From the human T2T-CHM13v2.0 reference genome, Homo sapiens, in the NCBI RefSeq assembly GCF_009914755.1, contig NC_060947.1: DNA of 64,000 nt, one strand, 5' to 3'. Of this stretch, positions 60,150-64,000 are shown piece after piece; position 1 is the first letter of the stretch; each line of letters opens with the position of its first letter. A program made the translations under genes and the position numbers. The notes beneath the pieces are model-generated. The model was not told the DNA's origin. It did no database searches and worked only from the letters and a program-made list of their open reading frames with translations.

Positions 60150-60700
60150 GTTTGTTAAATAACTACGGGCTCTCTCAGAGTCGGCCCCTTCCCTTTAGGC
60201 GCCGGTTTTGTAATCTGGGAAACTTTGTAAAGAGCGCTCTCAGCGCGGTGGCTAAAACAGTCCGCTAGGACTATGCCGAGTAGCAGCAGAAGGAAATGGC
60301 CCGGCCCGCCAGGCGGGGAGCTGCAGACAACTAGGAGAGAGGAGGGCAGGGCACGCCCTGAGGGAAAAAACGCGGCTTTTGCAGGCCTAATGGCGGTTGA
60401 AAGTCGCCGAAGTGCAAGGCTGGATTGAGACAGACAGGCTGAAAAAGTCGCAGCGCAGCCGCAGCGGCAGCAGCCGATGGCCGACTCCTTCCTTTTCCAG
60501 TCCACGTGCCCAGGCGGGTCTCCGGCCGCCTCTCGCACCTGCCTGCAGAGGGCGCGCTGCTTCTCGCCTCGGCCTGGGCACCGCGGCCGACTCCGCTGGA
60601 AGAGCTGTGTCCTCCACGCAGACCGCTTTCCACCAAGCTCAGCTAAACCCACCGCCCCCAAGAAGTCTACCCTGGCCGCTCCAGCCAAGCTCTTCCTCCC
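60150..60700. promoter_or_regulatory. Orphan CpG island / putative regulatory element with CTCF, YY1 and E-box motifs
   Basis: CpG-dense non-repeat sequence; CCTGCAGAGGGCGC (60542-60555), AATGGCGG (60389-60396), CACGTG (60503-60508). Confidence 0.6.
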
Positions 60701-61021
60701 CTGAACCCCCAAAGCATCATCAGCACTGCATAATTTAGAACTTGGATATGTGCTGGCTGGTCACTGTGTCCTACGTATGGGACAAATCTTGGCTCAACAA
60801 TATCATACTTTGCATTTCTCCCCCGAGTCACACACGGCCATTGGCATACCGGCAGCCACATAGCGTGTGCCCAGCAAACACCTGGTGTACCTCTACTGGG
60901 TCTCACTGTATTGGCTCCCAAAGGAGACTCTCAGGATCCCTGATGTCGCCAAGCCCTGGGGTGGCAGAAGGGACACCTGGGAGGATGCCTGCATGGCCTC
61001 AGTTGCCACTTCGAGCCTTCA

Positions 61022-61550
<529 letters not shown>

Positions 61551-61782
61551 AGAGAGAGATTTAGAATCAGAAAATCCCCCACAGGCACTAGCTGTGTGGC
61601 CTTGGGCACACCATGTCACTTCTTTGAGTCTCAGTTTCCTCTTCTGTATCTCTGAGGGAGTCTGGAGTAGGGTAGCGGTGGTCAGATCTACAATGATAGC
61701 CAGATTTATAATGTTTTAATGTTCATGAGAACATACTTATCCATGAAGTAAGTAATTTAAATTACATTTTTAACAGTACACA

Positions 61783-62690
<908 letters not shown>

Positions 62691-63194
62691 TTATATTTTT
62701 TTAAATTGAAGCATAAAATGGAAGTGATGGTGTTTTGTGAAAACCAAATGATAAAATAGTTATGAAAGCTGTTGTAACTGAAAGAGGCACCACAAAGTTT
62801 CATTATGTTTACCACTGCTAAAATATATAGGAGGCACCCAGTTAATGTTTCTTGAGGAGAATGGAAATGTTTCCTGAGTGATAGGATCCATATATAAACA
62901 TGAGAGTTAAGAGTGCCAGAACATCTGACATGTGCCAAATGCGCTGTCCAGATGATAAGTATTTAATGGATTCTCTTAGAGAGCAATCACTGGGCGGGGT
63001 GGTCAGGGCTGCATGGTGGAGGTGAGATTTCAGTTGGGCCCTGATGATGGCGTTGATCTTTGGTGAAGAGGCATGAGGAAGACAATCCAGACAGAGGGAA
63101 GGGCATGCACTAAGGGCACAAAAGCAGGAAGGTATGAATGATCGAGAATGCCAAGTGCAGGAGGGCAGGGCCCTCTGCCTCTGCTCTAGCCTCA

Positions 63195-63873
<679 letters not shown>

Positions 63874-64000
63874 TCACACCCCTTAGGCTGAAGCAGATTT
63901 CGGAGGAGTGCTTTGCATACAGTAGGTCATCAGCTAATACAGGTTGACTGAGAGGAAGTTTGGGGCCTTGAACCTTTTATCCGTGTAGGCAATGGGGAGC

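Noticed and set aside
60155-60738. 185-aa and 113-aa ORFs in the distal CpG island
   Set aside because: Low-complexity GC-driven frames with no recognisable homology or exon structure

Overview
Human (primate) genomic DNA, recognisable as the Xq24 SLC25A43 / SLC25A5 locus. The window starts inside a large SLC25A43 intron and contains that gene's last two coding exons (29720-29854, 30576-30776) and 3' UTR. It also holds the complete 4-exon SLC25A5 (ANT2, 298 aa) gene with its CpG-island/TATA promoter, about 50 Alu copies, old L2/L1M/MaLR/DNA-transposon debris, and retrocopies of U1, 7SL and Y3 RNAs. The most unusual object is a full-length L1HS Ta-1d element on the minus strand (13177-19202). 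Its second target-site duplication lies 218 bp beyond the L1 5' end, indicating a rare 5' transduction. Its ORF2 is open but carries G656S in the RT GxxQG motif. Its ORF1 has a 5-bp deletion that swaps the C-terminal tail and shrinks the ORF1-ORF2 spacer from 63 to 7 nt. The window also shows three local templated duplications (about 720, 139 and 73 bp, the last with a fold-back), an overlapping double inverted repeat, and an orphan CpG island with a CTCF motif near 60.5 kb. No prokaryote-type systems are present. Most short ORFs in the track are Alu-derived or GC-content artefacts. Repeat boundaries and subfamily calls are by eye and approximate.
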